The notes below the pieces were generated by a model that saw nothing but the letters and a program-made list of their open reading frames with translations, did no database searches and had not been told where the DNA came from. From Candidatus Poribacteria bacterium (GTDB taxonomy: Bacteria > Poribacteria > WGA-4E > WGA-3G), in NCBI GenBank assembly GCA_965198235.1, contig OZ240248.1, forward strand, positions 3,488,001 through 3,552,000: a stretch of DNA of 64,000 nucleotides, written 5' to 3'. Made by a program: the position numbers and the translations under genes. Positions 38,365 to 48,565 of this stretch are shown here, piece after piece; the stretch's first letter is position 1; each line of letters begins with the position of its first letter.

Positions 38365-41300
38365 ATGCCAAACCTCAACATCAAACCCACACACAAATCC
38401 ATCAAAACTTACTACGCCGAACTCAAAGAATACGAACGACTCGGCGCACAGAACGAAGGCACCGTCCGTGCCGCATTCCAAGGTCTGCTCCAGCGCTACT
38501 GCCACCAATCCAATCTCACACTCCTCTGCGAAAAGACGCGTACTTTCCCCCCTGATAAGGGGGGTCAGGGGGGTTTGATGAATAGACGAATCCGACCCGA
38601 CGGCGAAGTCGTTGATACCTTCAATTTGCCGTACGGCTACTGGGAAGCGAAGGATACGCAGGACGACCTCTACACCGAAGCCTCCAAGAAATTTGCCGCA
38701 GGCTACCCATCAAAAAACATCGTTATCCAATCCCCGACGCATGCACTTCTCTATCAGCACGGGCAACTGCAGCTGGACTTAGACATCACCGAACCGAGAA
38801 ACCTCGTCCGTGTCCTTCAGGGCTTTTTCGCATATCAGGAAGAGAACATCTCCGCATGGCATATCGCCGTCGCCGAATTCAGAGACACGGTGCCAGAACT
38901 CGGCGAGGAGTTGGCAATGCTCATCGAAACGGAACGCCAAAACAACCCACACTTTCAAGAAGCCTTCACCAGTTTCCACGAGCAGTGCCAAGCTTCGATT
39001 AATCCGAACCTCTCCATTTCCGCTGTAGAGGAGATGCTCATCCAGCACCTACTCACAGAACGTATCTTCCGTACCGTGTTCGATAATCCCGACTTTACGC
39101 GACGAAACATTATCGCCCGTGAAATTGAAACTGTTATTGATGTGCTAACTGAGCGCACGCTGAATCGTTCGGAATTTCTGCGTCTCTTGGAACCGTTCTA
39201 CACTGCAATCGAGCAGACCGCCAGCACGATTACGGACTTCTCGCAAAAACAGGGATTCCTCAACACCGTCTATGAGCAATTTTTTCAAGGCTTCTCCGTC
39301 AAGGTTGCAGACACGCACGGCATCGTCTACACACCGCAGCCGATCGTCGATTTCATGGTGAAAAGCGTTGAGTATATCCTCAATACCGAGTTCAACCGCT
39401 CCCTTTCCGATACCGGTGTCAATATCATCGACCCGTTCGTCGGCACCGGCAACTTCATCGTCCGCATCATGCAGGAACTCGACCCTATCTCACTGGAGCG
39501 GAAATACACCGCCGACCCGCCGGAACTCCAGTGCAACGAGGTAATGCTCCTGCCTTACTACATCGCCAATCTGAATATTGAGCATGAGTTCTACACGGCG
39601 ACGAATCGGTATGTCCCCTACGAAGGGTTATGCCTCGTGGATACCTTTGGGGTGGCAGAAGACAGGGAGCAGTTATATCTCTTCACGCCTGATAATACTG
39701 CCCGCGTTGAGAAGCAGAAAGAAACGCCAATGTTCGTCGTTATCGGCAATCCACCCTACAATGTGGGACAGGTCAACGAGAACGACAACAACAAAAATCG
39801 GAAGTATAAGTCGATGGATAAGTCGATTGAGGACACGTATGCAAAAGATTCCAAAGCAACACTCAGAAGCCAGCTTTACGATCCGTATGTCAAGGCAATT
39901 CGATGGTCGTTGGACAGGATTGGCGAGGAAGGCGTTGTCGCCTTCATAACAAACAACAGTTTTGTTGAAGGCTTGGCGTTTGACGGCATGCGGAAACACC
40001 TCGCCGCCGATTGTGATGCCATCTATATTCTTGATTTAGATGGAAATGCGAGAAAGGGATTGAAGGTCTCCGATGCAAATGTATTCGGAATTCGTGTCGG
40101 CGTGAGTATTAACCTATTTGTAAAGAAAAAGCAGAAGTCATCAGAACCAGCACGTATCTTTTACTATCGCACCGATGAATTGTGGAACAGGAAACAGAAA
40201 TTCGACTTTCTGAATGAGCGTGGACACGCAGGCGGTATTGCGTGGCAATCCATTCACCCATATGCGCGGCATACGTGGCTCACCGAAGGTCTCCACGCCG
40301 AGTTTGATACCTTTATCCCGATGGGAACTAAGGAAGCGAAGGCAGAAAAAGGCGAGGCGGTAGATGTAATTTTCAAAACCTATAGCAACGGTGTAAAAAC
40401 GAATCGTGATGCATGGGTTTACAATTTCAACCGAGACGCTCTCGTTGAAAACATGAATAGGATGATTGAGATTTACAATACGGAAGTGGTTCGGTGGGGG
40501 CAACAGATAGGTCGGGATGATGAGCTTGATGATTTTCTGGAGTCCGATGACACGAAAATCAAGTGGAGTCGCGATTTAAAAGCAAAATTGGGGCGTGGGC
40601 GAATAACTGAATATGCTGATGATAAGGTCAGGAAATCATTCTATCGTCCTTTTACGATGTCTAACCTCTACTTTGACAAAACAATGAACGATGTGGTATC
40701 CGTGTTTTCCTTCATTTTTCCCACAACTAATACGGAAATAGAAAATCGGGTGATTTGTGTTGCTGGTATTGGTGATAGAAAAGGCTTTGGATGCCTTGCT
40801 ACAAATAAGATTACCGCTTTTGATTTGGCGTTTGAAAAGAATCAATGCTTCCCCTTCTACACCTACGACGAGGACGGCACGAACCGCCGAGAAAACATCA
40901 CCGATTGGGCGTTGGCGCATTTCCGAACCCACTACCAAGACGACACCATCACCAAGTGGGACATCTTCCACTACAATTACGGACTCTTACATCACCCCGA
41001 TTATCGAGAGAAATACGAGGCGAACCTCAAACGCGATTTGCCGCATATCCCACTTGTCAAAGACTTCTGGGGATTTGCAGAGGCTGGGGCGCGACTCGCA
41101 GATCTCCACGTCAACTACGAATCTCAACCCGAATACCAATTGAAGTTTATCCAAAACCCGGACGCACAACTCAATTGGCGTGTGGAGAAGATGAAACTCT
41201 CCAGAGACAAAACCTCGCTCATCTGCAACGATTTCCTAACGCTATCGGGGATTCCGCCGAACGCTCATGATTACCGACTCGGCACCCGCTCCGCATTGGG

Positions 41301-41463
41301 GTGGGTGGTAGATCAGTATCGTGTGAAAACCGACAAACGGAGCGGCATCGTCAACGACCCAAACCGTGCCGAGGATCCGCAGTATATTGTCAAGTTAATC
41401 GGTCAAGTAATCACCGTCAGTTTAGAGACAGTAGACATCGTTGAAAACTTGCCACCCTTGTAG
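38365..41463 (+). CDS. Type ISP/IIG-like restriction-modification enzyme (N6-adenine MTase plus C-terminal specificity domain, no helicase)
   Basis: N-terminal RPDG...WEAKD nuclease-like motif; GIVYTP, IIDPFVGTGNF and GNPPY; LlaBIII-type C-terminus. Confidence 0.88.
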   Translation: MPNLNIKPTHKSIKTYYAELKEYERLGAQNEGTVRAAFQGLLQRYCHQSNLTLLCEKTRTFPPDKGGQGGLMNRRIRPDGEVVDTFNLPYGYWEAKDTQDDLYTEASKKFAAGYPSKNIVIQSPTHALLYQHGQLQLDLDITEPRNLVRVLQGFFAYQEENISAWHIAVAEFRDTVPELGEELAMLIETERQNNPHFQEAFTSFHEQCQASINPNLSISAVEEMLIQHLLTERIFRTVFDNPDFTRRNIIAREIETVIDVLTERTLNRSEFLRLLEPFYTAIEQTASTITDFSQKQGFLNTVYEQFFQGFSVKVADTHGIVYTPQPIVDFMVKSVEYILNTEFNRSLSDTGVNIIDPFVGTGNFIVRIMQELDPISLERKYTADPPELQCNEVMLLPYYIANLNIEHEFYTATNRYVPYEGLCLVDTFGVAEDREQLYLFTPDNTARVEKQKETPMFVVIGNPPYNVGQVNENDNNKNRKYKSMDKSIEDTYAKDSKATLRSQLYDPYVKAIRWSLDRIGEEGVVAFITNNSFVEGLAFDGMRKHLAADCDAIYILDLDGNARKGLKVSDANVFGIRVGVSINLFVKKKQKSSEPARIFYYRTDELWNRKQKFDFLNERGHAGGIAWQSIHPYARHTWLTEGLHAEFDTFIPMGTKEAKAEKGEAVDVIFKTYSNGVKTNRDAWVYNFNRDALVENMNRMIEIYNTEVVRWGQQIGRDDELDDFLESDDTKIKWSRDLKAKLGRGRITEYADDKVRKSFYRPFTMSNLYFDKTMNDVVSVFSFIFPTTNTEIENRVICVAGIGDRKGFGCLATNKITAFDLAFEKNQCFPFYTYDEDGTNRRENITDWALAHFRTHYQDDTITKWDIFHYNYGLLHHPDYREKYEANLKRDLPHIPLVKDFWGFAEAGARLADLHVNYESQPEYQLKFIQNPDAQLNWRVEKMKLSRDKTSLICNDFLTLSGIPPNAHDYRLGTRSALGWVVDQYRVKTDKRSGIVNDPNRAEDPQYIVKLIGQVITVSLETVDIVENLPPL
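38546..38576 (+). repeat. CCCCCTGATAAGGGGG repeat inserted in frame in the R-M gene
   Basis: Encodes PPDKGGQGG; close to the reverse complement of 26677-26708. Confidence 0.7.
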
Positions 41464-41496
41464 GATCACGCTCCGATTCCCGATGCCGCTTTTACT

Positions 41497-41740
41497 CGTA
41501 GGTTGGGTTGAACGATACTGAAAAGTGTAATGCCAACACCCCAAACACGCTTCAAATAGGATGACCGTTGTCCGTCATCAAGAACGGAGTGAAACCCAAC
41601 TTTATACCTACATTTCAAGAACCGGCACAGGAAAAGTGTTGGGTTTCACTCGGTATCTTTGCGATGAGGTCGTCCGCCTCAGGCATCGGTGGTCTTTAAT
41701 CCGTTAACCTTTCGATCTTGCCCGTTCAACCCAACCTACG
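41497..41740 (+). repeat. REPIN-like element with expanded loops
   Basis: CGTAGGTTGGGTTGAACG-72 nt-GAGTGAAACCCAAC-37 nt-GTTGGGTTTCACTC-71 nt-CGTTCAACCCAACCTACG; perfect 18-bp terminal inverted repeat. Confidence 0.85.
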
Positions 41741-41806
41741 ACTGAAATAAACACTTTTTTCCTGATTGTGCTATACTATCTCAGAACTACTTTTGCAGGA
41801 GACTAC

Positions 41807-42259
41807 ATGAAACTCTTTATATTTACCGTTTTTTGCGTCGGTATCACGGTATTCATCGGCTGCATGGCAACGATGCCCATCCATACCGAGCAAGACGTTC
41901 AACAACTTGAGGAAGCAAAAGAACTGTTCAAACGCCAGTTCGAAAATGATATGCATCCGATAATTTGGGCGTATCTGGACGAAGTTCTGCACGATCCCAG
42001 TTCTTTTCGCTTGCAACGTTTCGAATACACCCTCGCGAATTATCCTGCGATAGTACCCTATAAAAAACGCACTATCCTGCCGAGTAAATCCACCAAAACG
42101 CTCTACAAGCAAGTTTTAATCCCAGCCTATCATGTTAATATGCATTTTTGGAATAAAGTCCCCGCAAGCGGTTCGCAGATAGGAGAAATGCGTTTTTATC
42201 TCTTAAAGGACAACCAATTAATCCTGCCAAACAACCTTGCTGTCTCTCTAATTGAATAA
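41807..42259 (+). CDS. Hypothetical lipoprotein
   Basis: AGGAG RBS; MKLFIF...FIGC lipobox. Confidence 0.65.
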   Translation: MKLFIFTVFCVGITVFIGCMATMPIHTEQDVQQLEEAKELFKRQFENDMHPIIWAYLDEVLHDPSSFRLQRFEYTLANYPAIVPYKKRTILPSKSTKTLYKQVLIPAYHVNMHFWNKVPASGSQIGEMRFYLLKDNQLILPNNLAVSLIE

Positions 42260-42697
42260 TTTTCCTGCTGTGTACCACAAACTATATGAAGTTTCAATAA
42301 GTATTTCGGTAATTTGATATGTTCCGCGGACCCGGTAGGTGTGGTTTCTAACCGCACCGGTTTTGCTCGCTGATTCCCTAATTCATCAGACGACTCTCTT
42401 TGTAGGAGGGAGCTCCGATTCCCGACTCTTATCTTTATTTTTCGATGGTTCTTAGAGGCTTAATTTCATAGTTTTCATAGTAAACTCCAAAATTGATATA
42501 TTTCAGGATAGGTCGTAAGCCCATATCATGACTGGGTTTTCCCGAATTTTCACCGAACGATTTTTTCATAGTACTATGAAATTTCATATCTGTACTGTGC
42601 AGAGATTGAGTTGAACTGAACGTGACGTACAACCCAGTTCTTGACTTCCACATACCGATGTGATATACTAAATTGAACTTCATTGACAGGAAAAAAA

Positions 42698-43672
42698 ATG
42701 AGACAGTTTAAAAGCCAGAACCGTTTGTGTGCGGCGAACTATCGTACTTTTACATATACCTTCATCGTAGTTCTCATCCTCGTGTGCATGCCCGCCGCCG
42801 CAGCGGATAATACGGACATCCATGAAAACGCCGGCACCCGCGCCATGACCTTCCTCAAAATCGGCGTTGGGGCAGAGGCGATGAGCATGGGCGAATCCCA
42901 AGTCGCTGCGACCGATGATCTTTACGCATCGTACTGGAACCCCGCGGGTCTCGCAAGACTCCAAAAGCCGCAACTCGCACTCATGCATAACGAATGGTTC
43001 GCCGATATTAATCACGAATTCGTTGGGTTCGCACTTCCGCTTAAGGGCGTAGGCACGCTCGGCGCAAGCGCGAGTTTTTTGTCTTTCGGAGAATTGCAGG
43101 GGCGTGATCGAGAGGGGAATGAAACGACGATTTTCCGTCCTTATGATCTGGCACTGATTCTCTCGTATGCCCGAGGCTTCGGCAGTTCACTCGCTTTCGG
43201 TGCGAACGCAAAATTCCTGCGCGAGCAGATCGCTGACGAGAGCGGAACCGGCATCGCCTTTGATCTCGGTGGGCTGTACAACTTTCCTGAGACACCTCTC
43301 TCACTGGGCTTCAACGCACAGCACGTCGGTCCGCGAGTGAAGTTCATAGAGGAGGCTTTCGGGTTACCCTTTACGCTCAGACTTGGGGCGGCTTACAGAC
43401 TCTGGAATGACGCACTTATCCTAACGACAGACATCATTCGTCCCTCTGACAACGATATCGCCATCGGGATCGGCGCGGGCTACACGATAGGCAATATCTT
43501 ACAACTCCGCACCGGCTATAAATACAAGATCGGCGGTAACGATTTAGGCGCGATTTCTGGACTCGCAGGCGGTTTTGGGTTGACGTTCCTCCGCTTCCAA
43601 ATCGACTATGCGCTCATCCCGTTCGGCGTTCTCGGATTAACCCACCGCGTCTCCTTAGTCGCTAATTTTTAG
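42698..43672 (+). CDS. PorV/PorQ family outer-membrane protein
   Basis: FLKIGVGAEAMSMGE...YWNPAGLA; C-terminal DYALIPFGVLGLTHRVSL..F. Confidence 0.85.
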   Translation: MRQFKSQNRLCAANYRTFTYTFIVVLILVCMPAAAADNTDIHENAGTRAMTFLKIGVGAEAMSMGESQVAATDDLYASYWNPAGLARLQKPQLALMHNEWFADINHEFVGFALPLKGVGTLGASASFLSFGELQGRDREGNETTIFRPYDLALILSYARGFGSSLAFGANAKFLREQIADESGTGIAFDLGGLYNFPETPLSLGFNAQHVGPRVKFIEEAFGLPFTLRLGAAYRLWNDALILTTDIIRPSDNDIAIGIGAGYTIGNILQLRTGYKYKIGGNDLGAISGLAGGFGLTFLRFQIDYALIPFGVLGLTHRVSLVANF

Positions 43673-44389
43673 CAGTCGCCCCATTTTTGAACACTGGTAT
43701 TTAGATGCCTTCTTAATAAACGCTTCAAATAATTTGCGTCTGTGTTCCTGAAAATCAACGGTTTCGATCATCCGCTCTGGATGATACTGCACCCCAAGCA
43801 CAAACCGCTTTGATCGGTTTTCCATCGCCTCGATAATCCCTTCTTTTGTGCGTGCTGTCACCTCAAATCCTTCACCCTTCTCTCTCACAGCTTGATGATG
43901 GGCGGAATTGACTTTGTCTGTGCCTTTACCTGTGATTCGGTTTAGTCGACTGTCCGCGACAATCTCAATTGTGTGCCGAGCATCCACACCTTTTACCTGT
44001 GCTTGACGTGATGCCTTTTTGGGGAATTCCGATGGTATATCTTGGTATAGACTGCCACCCATTGCAACGCTCATAATCTGAACACCGCGGCAGATACCAA
44101 AAACGGGAATGTCGGCTGCTATTGCTTCTTGACAGAGCGGTATTTCCAAGGCATCGCGGTCTTCGTTGACATATTTTAGCGTTGGGTGCCACTCGGCATC
44201 AAAATTGTCTGGATGGATATCGCCACCACCTGTTAGCAAAAGGGCATCAATATCGGCGTAAGCATCTTCTGATACGCCGGGGTACAGCGTGCGAGGTATA
44301 CCACCGAACTCTTTAATGGCGTTTATGTAGTTATTAGAAGGGTCGTCCTCAATATTTTCGCTGAATGTGATTCCGATAATGGGGCGCAT
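43655..44389 (-). CDS. Gamma-glutamyl-gamma-aminobutyrate hydrolase family (peptidase C26, class I GATase)
   Basis: MRPIIGIT, LTGGGDI, GICRG, VNSAHHQA and GVQYHPE motifs. Confidence 0.92.
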   Translation of the reverse strand: MRPIIGITFSENIEDDPSNNYINAIKEFGGIPRTLYPGVSEDAYADIDALLLTGGGDIHPDNFDAEWHPTLKYVNEDRDALEIPLCQEAIAADIPVFGICRGVQIMSVAMGGSLYQDIPSEFPKKASRQAQVKGVDARHTIEIVADSRLNRITGKGTDKVNSAHHQAVREKGEGFEVTARTKEGIIEAMENRSKRFVLGVQYHPERMIETVDFQEHRRKLFEAFIKKASKYQCSKMGRLLKISD

Positions 44390-44716
44390 ATAAGAAGGTC
44401 TCCTTGTGAATCGTTTTTCTTTACATAAATTATACCCCATTTTAGAGCCAGATAACAAGCCAATCAGCGGTATTGAGTAGATGTGGCGTTCCGACACTGC
44501 AGGCAGACTCGTTTGTAGTAGGGAGACCATTTATTGCCCGTTATCACAGCGTTAGGACGTGCGATAAATCACACTACTACGAACATCGTGCCTACGAATG
44601 GCTGACGGTCGATTGCTGATGATTTCCAGCCACTGATAACCGATAATCGACAACTATAAACCAAATCGCATTTGCATTATCTGAAGATACGTGGTATAAT
44701 TTCCATAAAAGAATCT

Positions 44717-45481
44717 ATGATACACGAAATTAACAAAAACGAATTATCCATTACAAAAGACAGCGCACCGATACTCACTTACTGTTATGGCGATCCCGAA
44801 AGTCCGCCCTATTTTCATCCGCTCTATGCACCGGATGGACAGGTGGTAACCGAGGGGGCGTACACCCGAGGACGGTATCCGCCAGGGATCTGTTTCACAC
44901 TGGGAACCGTCAACGGCGAGCAGCTTGACCGGAACACACTGACCCGCGAAAGAGGACCGTCGAACGGGGAGGCTTCGAAAGAATTCACAATCGTCACGAC
45001 GTGGAACGCATCGGGACCGCTGCTCATGGAAACTTGCACCACGGATGTCCATTCGCCTCAGACTGAAGTTCAAGTGCTGGACATCGCTATCTCGTTGTAC
45101 GCGCCTACGACTTCACTTGAATTTGCGGGTGACATCGGGCTTGGATGTCATACCGTTGAAATGGAGTACCGCAAAGCCGCGAATGCAAACGGACGGATCG
45201 GCGAGTCGGAAGTGAATGGAAATAGGTCGGCGTGGGGAACGCTTTCCGGTATCACGACTGCGGAACAGCGTGCTGTTGGTGTTGCTATCTTTCCGCATCC
45301 AACAAACGGTGAAACAACGTTTCTCGCCGAGGACGCATCGTTCGGATACCTTTTTGCACAGGCTGTTCCGTTCAAAGTTAACGTCGGTGTGACGCGCACG
45401 CTAAAATACCGTGTCCTCGCATACGTCGGTGATTTCTTTATGGTCGATGTCTGGAAATACCATCAAGATTACATTGGGTGA
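44717..45481 (+). CDS. DUF6807/PmoA-like family protein
   Basis: PYFHPLYAPDGQVVTE and GVAIFPHPTN motifs. Confidence 0.6.
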   Translation: MIHEINKNELSITKDSAPILTYCYGDPESPPYFHPLYAPDGQVVTEGAYTRGRYPPGICFTLGTVNGEQLDRNTLTRERGPSNGEASKEFTIVTTWNASGPLLMETCTTDVHSPQTEVQVLDIAISLYAPTTSLEFAGDIGLGCHTVEMEYRKAANANGRIGESEVNGNRSAWGTLSGITTAEQRAVGVAIFPHPTNGETTFLAEDASFGYLFAQAVPFKVNVGVTRTLKYRVLAYVGDFFMVDVWKYHQDYIG

Positions 45482-45627
45482 GTCGGTATGATATGGTGAG
45501 TTCGATATAAAAAGGATAGAAATTTGGAGCATTTTGCGAACTCATACATCTACGCGACGTAGATTGGGTTGATAATCGTCTCTGTCCTCAGGAAATTCAC
45601 AGAGACGTTTTTGAAGGAGATAGCACG

Positions 45628-46314
45628 ATGCGAGAAAAAATAGGCTTTGCCCCTACACTCGTCTATCCCGAATCAGACGGCGAACCGATGGCAGAAACTG
45701 AAAAACATCGAAAGGTCATGGTAGACCTCATAGATATCCTGGAGCAGTATTTCCAGCACGCCCCGGATGTGCACGTGTCCGGGAACCTACTGCTCTATTA
45801 TGAAGAAGGCAATCCTCGGAAAAGCGTGTCCCCCGACGTGTTCATGGTCCGGGGTTTGTCGAAAAAAGAGCTCAGGGTCTATAAAACGTGGGAACAGCCC
45901 CCGACCCTTGATTTTGTATTGGAACTTGTGAGCCCGAGCACTTTTCGTCGGGATTTTACGGAGAAGAAGGAGATTTATGAGAAGATCCTGCGTGTTAAAG
46001 AGTACTATATCTATGATCCCTACGGTGAGATTGAGCCGGATTTCATTGGGTTCAGGCTTGTTGATGGGGTCTATGGAGCGATAGAGTTTATAGAGGGACG
46101 GCTCTTGAGTGAGACCTTGGGTTTAGAGTTAGAGGCACTCGAGGGTATGCTGGGATTGTATAATCCTGTGCTGGGGGCGTGGTTAGAAACGTCTCGGGAT
46201 CGTGTGGATAAAGCGGAGACGCGTGCGACAGCAGAAGCCCGCGCCCGACAAGAAGCGGAAACTGAACTCGCAAAAGCGCGCGCAGCACTCAAACGCCTAC
46301 AAACTTCTGAATAG
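45628..46314 (+). CDS. Uma2 family endonuclease
   Basis: YPESDGEPMAE, VSPDVF, LELVSPST and EYYIYDP motifs; coiled-coil tail. Confidence 0.92.
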   Translation: MREKIGFAPTLVYPESDGEPMAETEKHRKVMVDLIDILEQYFQHAPDVHVSGNLLLYYEEGNPRKSVSPDVFMVRGLSKKELRVYKTWEQPPTLDFVLELVSPSTFRRDFTEKKEIYEKILRVKEYYIYDPYGEIEPDFIGFRLVDGVYGAIEFIEGRLLSETLGLELEALEGMLGLYNPVLGAWLETSRDRVDKAETRATAEARARQEAETELAKARAALKRLQTSE

Positions 46315-46343
46315 GAATAGACTGGACGCATACGTAACGATTT

Positions 46344-47780
46344 ATGAAAAACGATACGCTTTTCCCGCTCTATAAGAAAAATGAAGGCGCATCCGCACCG
46401 CATCCGCCGCCACACGTGTCGCAAGACGGAAGTGTAACACCGGCGCACGCCCGTCGTGTTTACATCGAAACCTACGGATGCCAGATGAACGTCAGCGACA
46501 GTGAACTGATGGCAGGCATTTTGACGCAGAGTGGACACCAGACTGTCCCGCACCTCGACGATGCGGATGTTGTTCTCGTCAATACCTGCGCAATTCGGGA
46601 AAACGCCGAAACGAAAGTGATTAATCGACTGAAGCATCTGAATCACCGGAAACGCCGCCATCCAGAACTCATTATCGGGGTCTGCGGTTGTATGGCACAA
46701 CACCTCCGCGACCGACTCTTGGATGCCGCACCTTATGTGGATCTCGTCATGGGACCGGACGCGTATCGAAATCTGCCTGTGGCTTTAGATTCTTTGGTCC
46801 GTGATGTCGAATCGCATGTGTCCCTGACCGATCGCGACCCGTTTGTCGGGTTACGGTTGGACAAAAACGAAGACTACGCCGACATCGCTCCCATCCGAAA
46901 AGAGGGGATTCGGGCGTGGCTTACCATTCAACGTGGGTGCGATAAGATGTGCACCTTCTGCATCGTCCCTTTCGTTCGTGGCAGAGAACGCAGCCTCCCG
47001 CTAAAACTCCTTGTTGAAGATGTCGAAAAACTCGTTGATCAGGGGTTCAAAGAGGTTGTGCTTCTTGGGCAGACCGTTAACTCCTATCACGATGACGGTG
47101 CCGATTTTGGAGATCTCCTCTACGCTGTCGGCGAAGTAAACGGATTGGAACGCGTGCGATTTACCTCTCCACACCCCGCAGACGCGACGGACAGCATGAT
47201 CGATGCAATGGCGAATTCACCAGCCGTCTGTAAGCATCTGCACCTCCCCCTACAGTCGGGTTCAACGGAAGTCCTTGAGCGGATGCGCCGCACCTATACA
47301 GCGGATGCGTACCGCACACTCGTCTCAAAGCTCCGCGAACGCGTCCCCAATATTTCCCTGACAACCGATATTATCGTCGGCTTCTGTGGTGAAACCGATG
47401 AGGAGTTCACGGAAACGTATCAAATGATGGCAGATATCCGATACGATTCGGCGTTCATGTTCAAGTATTCCGAACGTGAGGGGACCCTTGCACACAAAGC
47501 CTTACCCGATGATGTGCCTGAGACAGTAAAGGGAGAACGCCTCAAACAGATTATTGGACTTCAGGAAAACATTTCCGCGGACATTAACACTGCTGTAGTC
47601 GGTGACACCGTTGCAGTGCTCGTAGAAGGCGAATCCCGGCGCGATGCAGATAGATACCACGGAAAAACGGACGGTTTCAAGACGACTGTATTCCCCAAGA
47701 CGGGCAGCCAAATCGGCGAAATTGTCAACGTTCGCGTTCACAGCACAACAGCACATACCTTAATTGGGCAGAAAATCTGA
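46344..47780 (+). CDS. miaB: tRNA-2-methylthio-N6-dimethylallyladenosine synthase
   Basis: TYGCQMNVSDSE, NTCAIRENAE, radical-SAM GCDKMCTFC and a TRAM domain. Confidence 0.96.
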   Translation: MKNDTLFPLYKKNEGASAPHPPPHVSQDGSVTPAHARRVYIETYGCQMNVSDSELMAGILTQSGHQTVPHLDDADVVLVNTCAIRENAETKVINRLKHLNHRKRRHPELIIGVCGCMAQHLRDRLLDAAPYVDLVMGPDAYRNLPVALDSLVRDVESHVSLTDRDPFVGLRLDKNEDYADIAPIRKEGIRAWLTIQRGCDKMCTFCIVPFVRGRERSLPLKLLVEDVEKLVDQGFKEVVLLGQTVNSYHDDGADFGDLLYAVGEVNGLERVRFTSPHPADATDSMIDAMANSPAVCKHLHLPLQSGSTEVLERMRRTYTADAYRTLVSKLRERVPNISLTTDIIVGFCGETDEEFTETYQMMADIRYDSAFMFKYSEREGTLAHKALPDDVPETVKGERLKQIIGLQENISADINTAVVGDTVAVLVEGESRRDADRYHGKTDGFKTTVFPKTGSQIGEIVNVRVHSTTAHTLIGQKI

Positions 47781-48565
47781 TGGACAAGCTTAGAATCAAA
47801 AATAAGGTCGAAATTGAGAAGATGAAGCGAAGTGGCAAGGCAGCCGCGACGGTGCTAAAGCACATCGGAGAGGCAATTGCACCAGGGGTATCGACTGCCG
47901 AATTAGAACGCATCTCGCGTGATACAATTGCCGAAGTCGATGCCACATCTTCCTTCTTAGGCTACCAGCTCCCAGAGCATGAGCCTTATCCCGCCACGAT
48001 ATGTACCTCGATTAACGATATCGTCATCCACGGGATTCCAGAGGAAAGTGAAGTGCTGCAAGAGGGCGACATCATCGGGATCGATACGGCTGTCAGCATT
48101 GATGGCTACCACGGTGATAACGCATATACCTTCCCCGTTGGAGACATCTCACCGTCAGCCGAAAGGCTGCTTAAAGCAACACGAAGTTCTCTCTACGACG
48201 CGATTGCGGAAGCGAAACCGGGAAACCGTATCGGCGACATCTCTTCTAAGTTACAAGATGGCGCAGAGTCCGAAGGGTTCTCTGTCCTCCAGAATTTTGC
48301 CGGACACGGCATCGGGCGGAGTCTCCATGAAGCACCAGAGGTCCCCTGCATGGGGGTCGCGGGACGCGGTTTACGTTTGAGACCGGGTATGGTCCTCGCG
48401 ATTGAAACGATGGTGAACGTTGGGCTTCCCGATGTCCAAATACTGGCAGACGGCTGGAGCGTTGCAACGCTTGATGGCACCTTATCCGCGCTCTTTGAGC
48501 ATACCGTGGCGATCCTCTCGGACGGACCCGAAATTCTAACGGGGAGTTCATTGTGGGAAATCTAA
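47780..48565 (+). CDS. map: Methionine aminopeptidase type I
   Basis: CTSINDIVIHGIP, GHGIG..LHE, AIETM and FEHTV motifs. Confidence 0.96.
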   Translation: MDKLRIKNKVEIEKMKRSGKAAATVLKHIGEAIAPGVSTAELERISRDTIAEVDATSSFLGYQLPEHEPYPATICTSINDIVIHGIPEESEVLQEGDIIGIDTAVSIDGYHGDNAYTFPVGDISPSAERLLKATRSSLYDAIAEAKPGNRIGDISSKLQDGAESEGFSVLQNFAGHGIGRSLHEAPEVPCMGVAGRGLRLRPGMVLAIETMVNVGLPDVQILADGWSVATLDGTLSALFEHTVAILSDGPEILTGSSLWEI

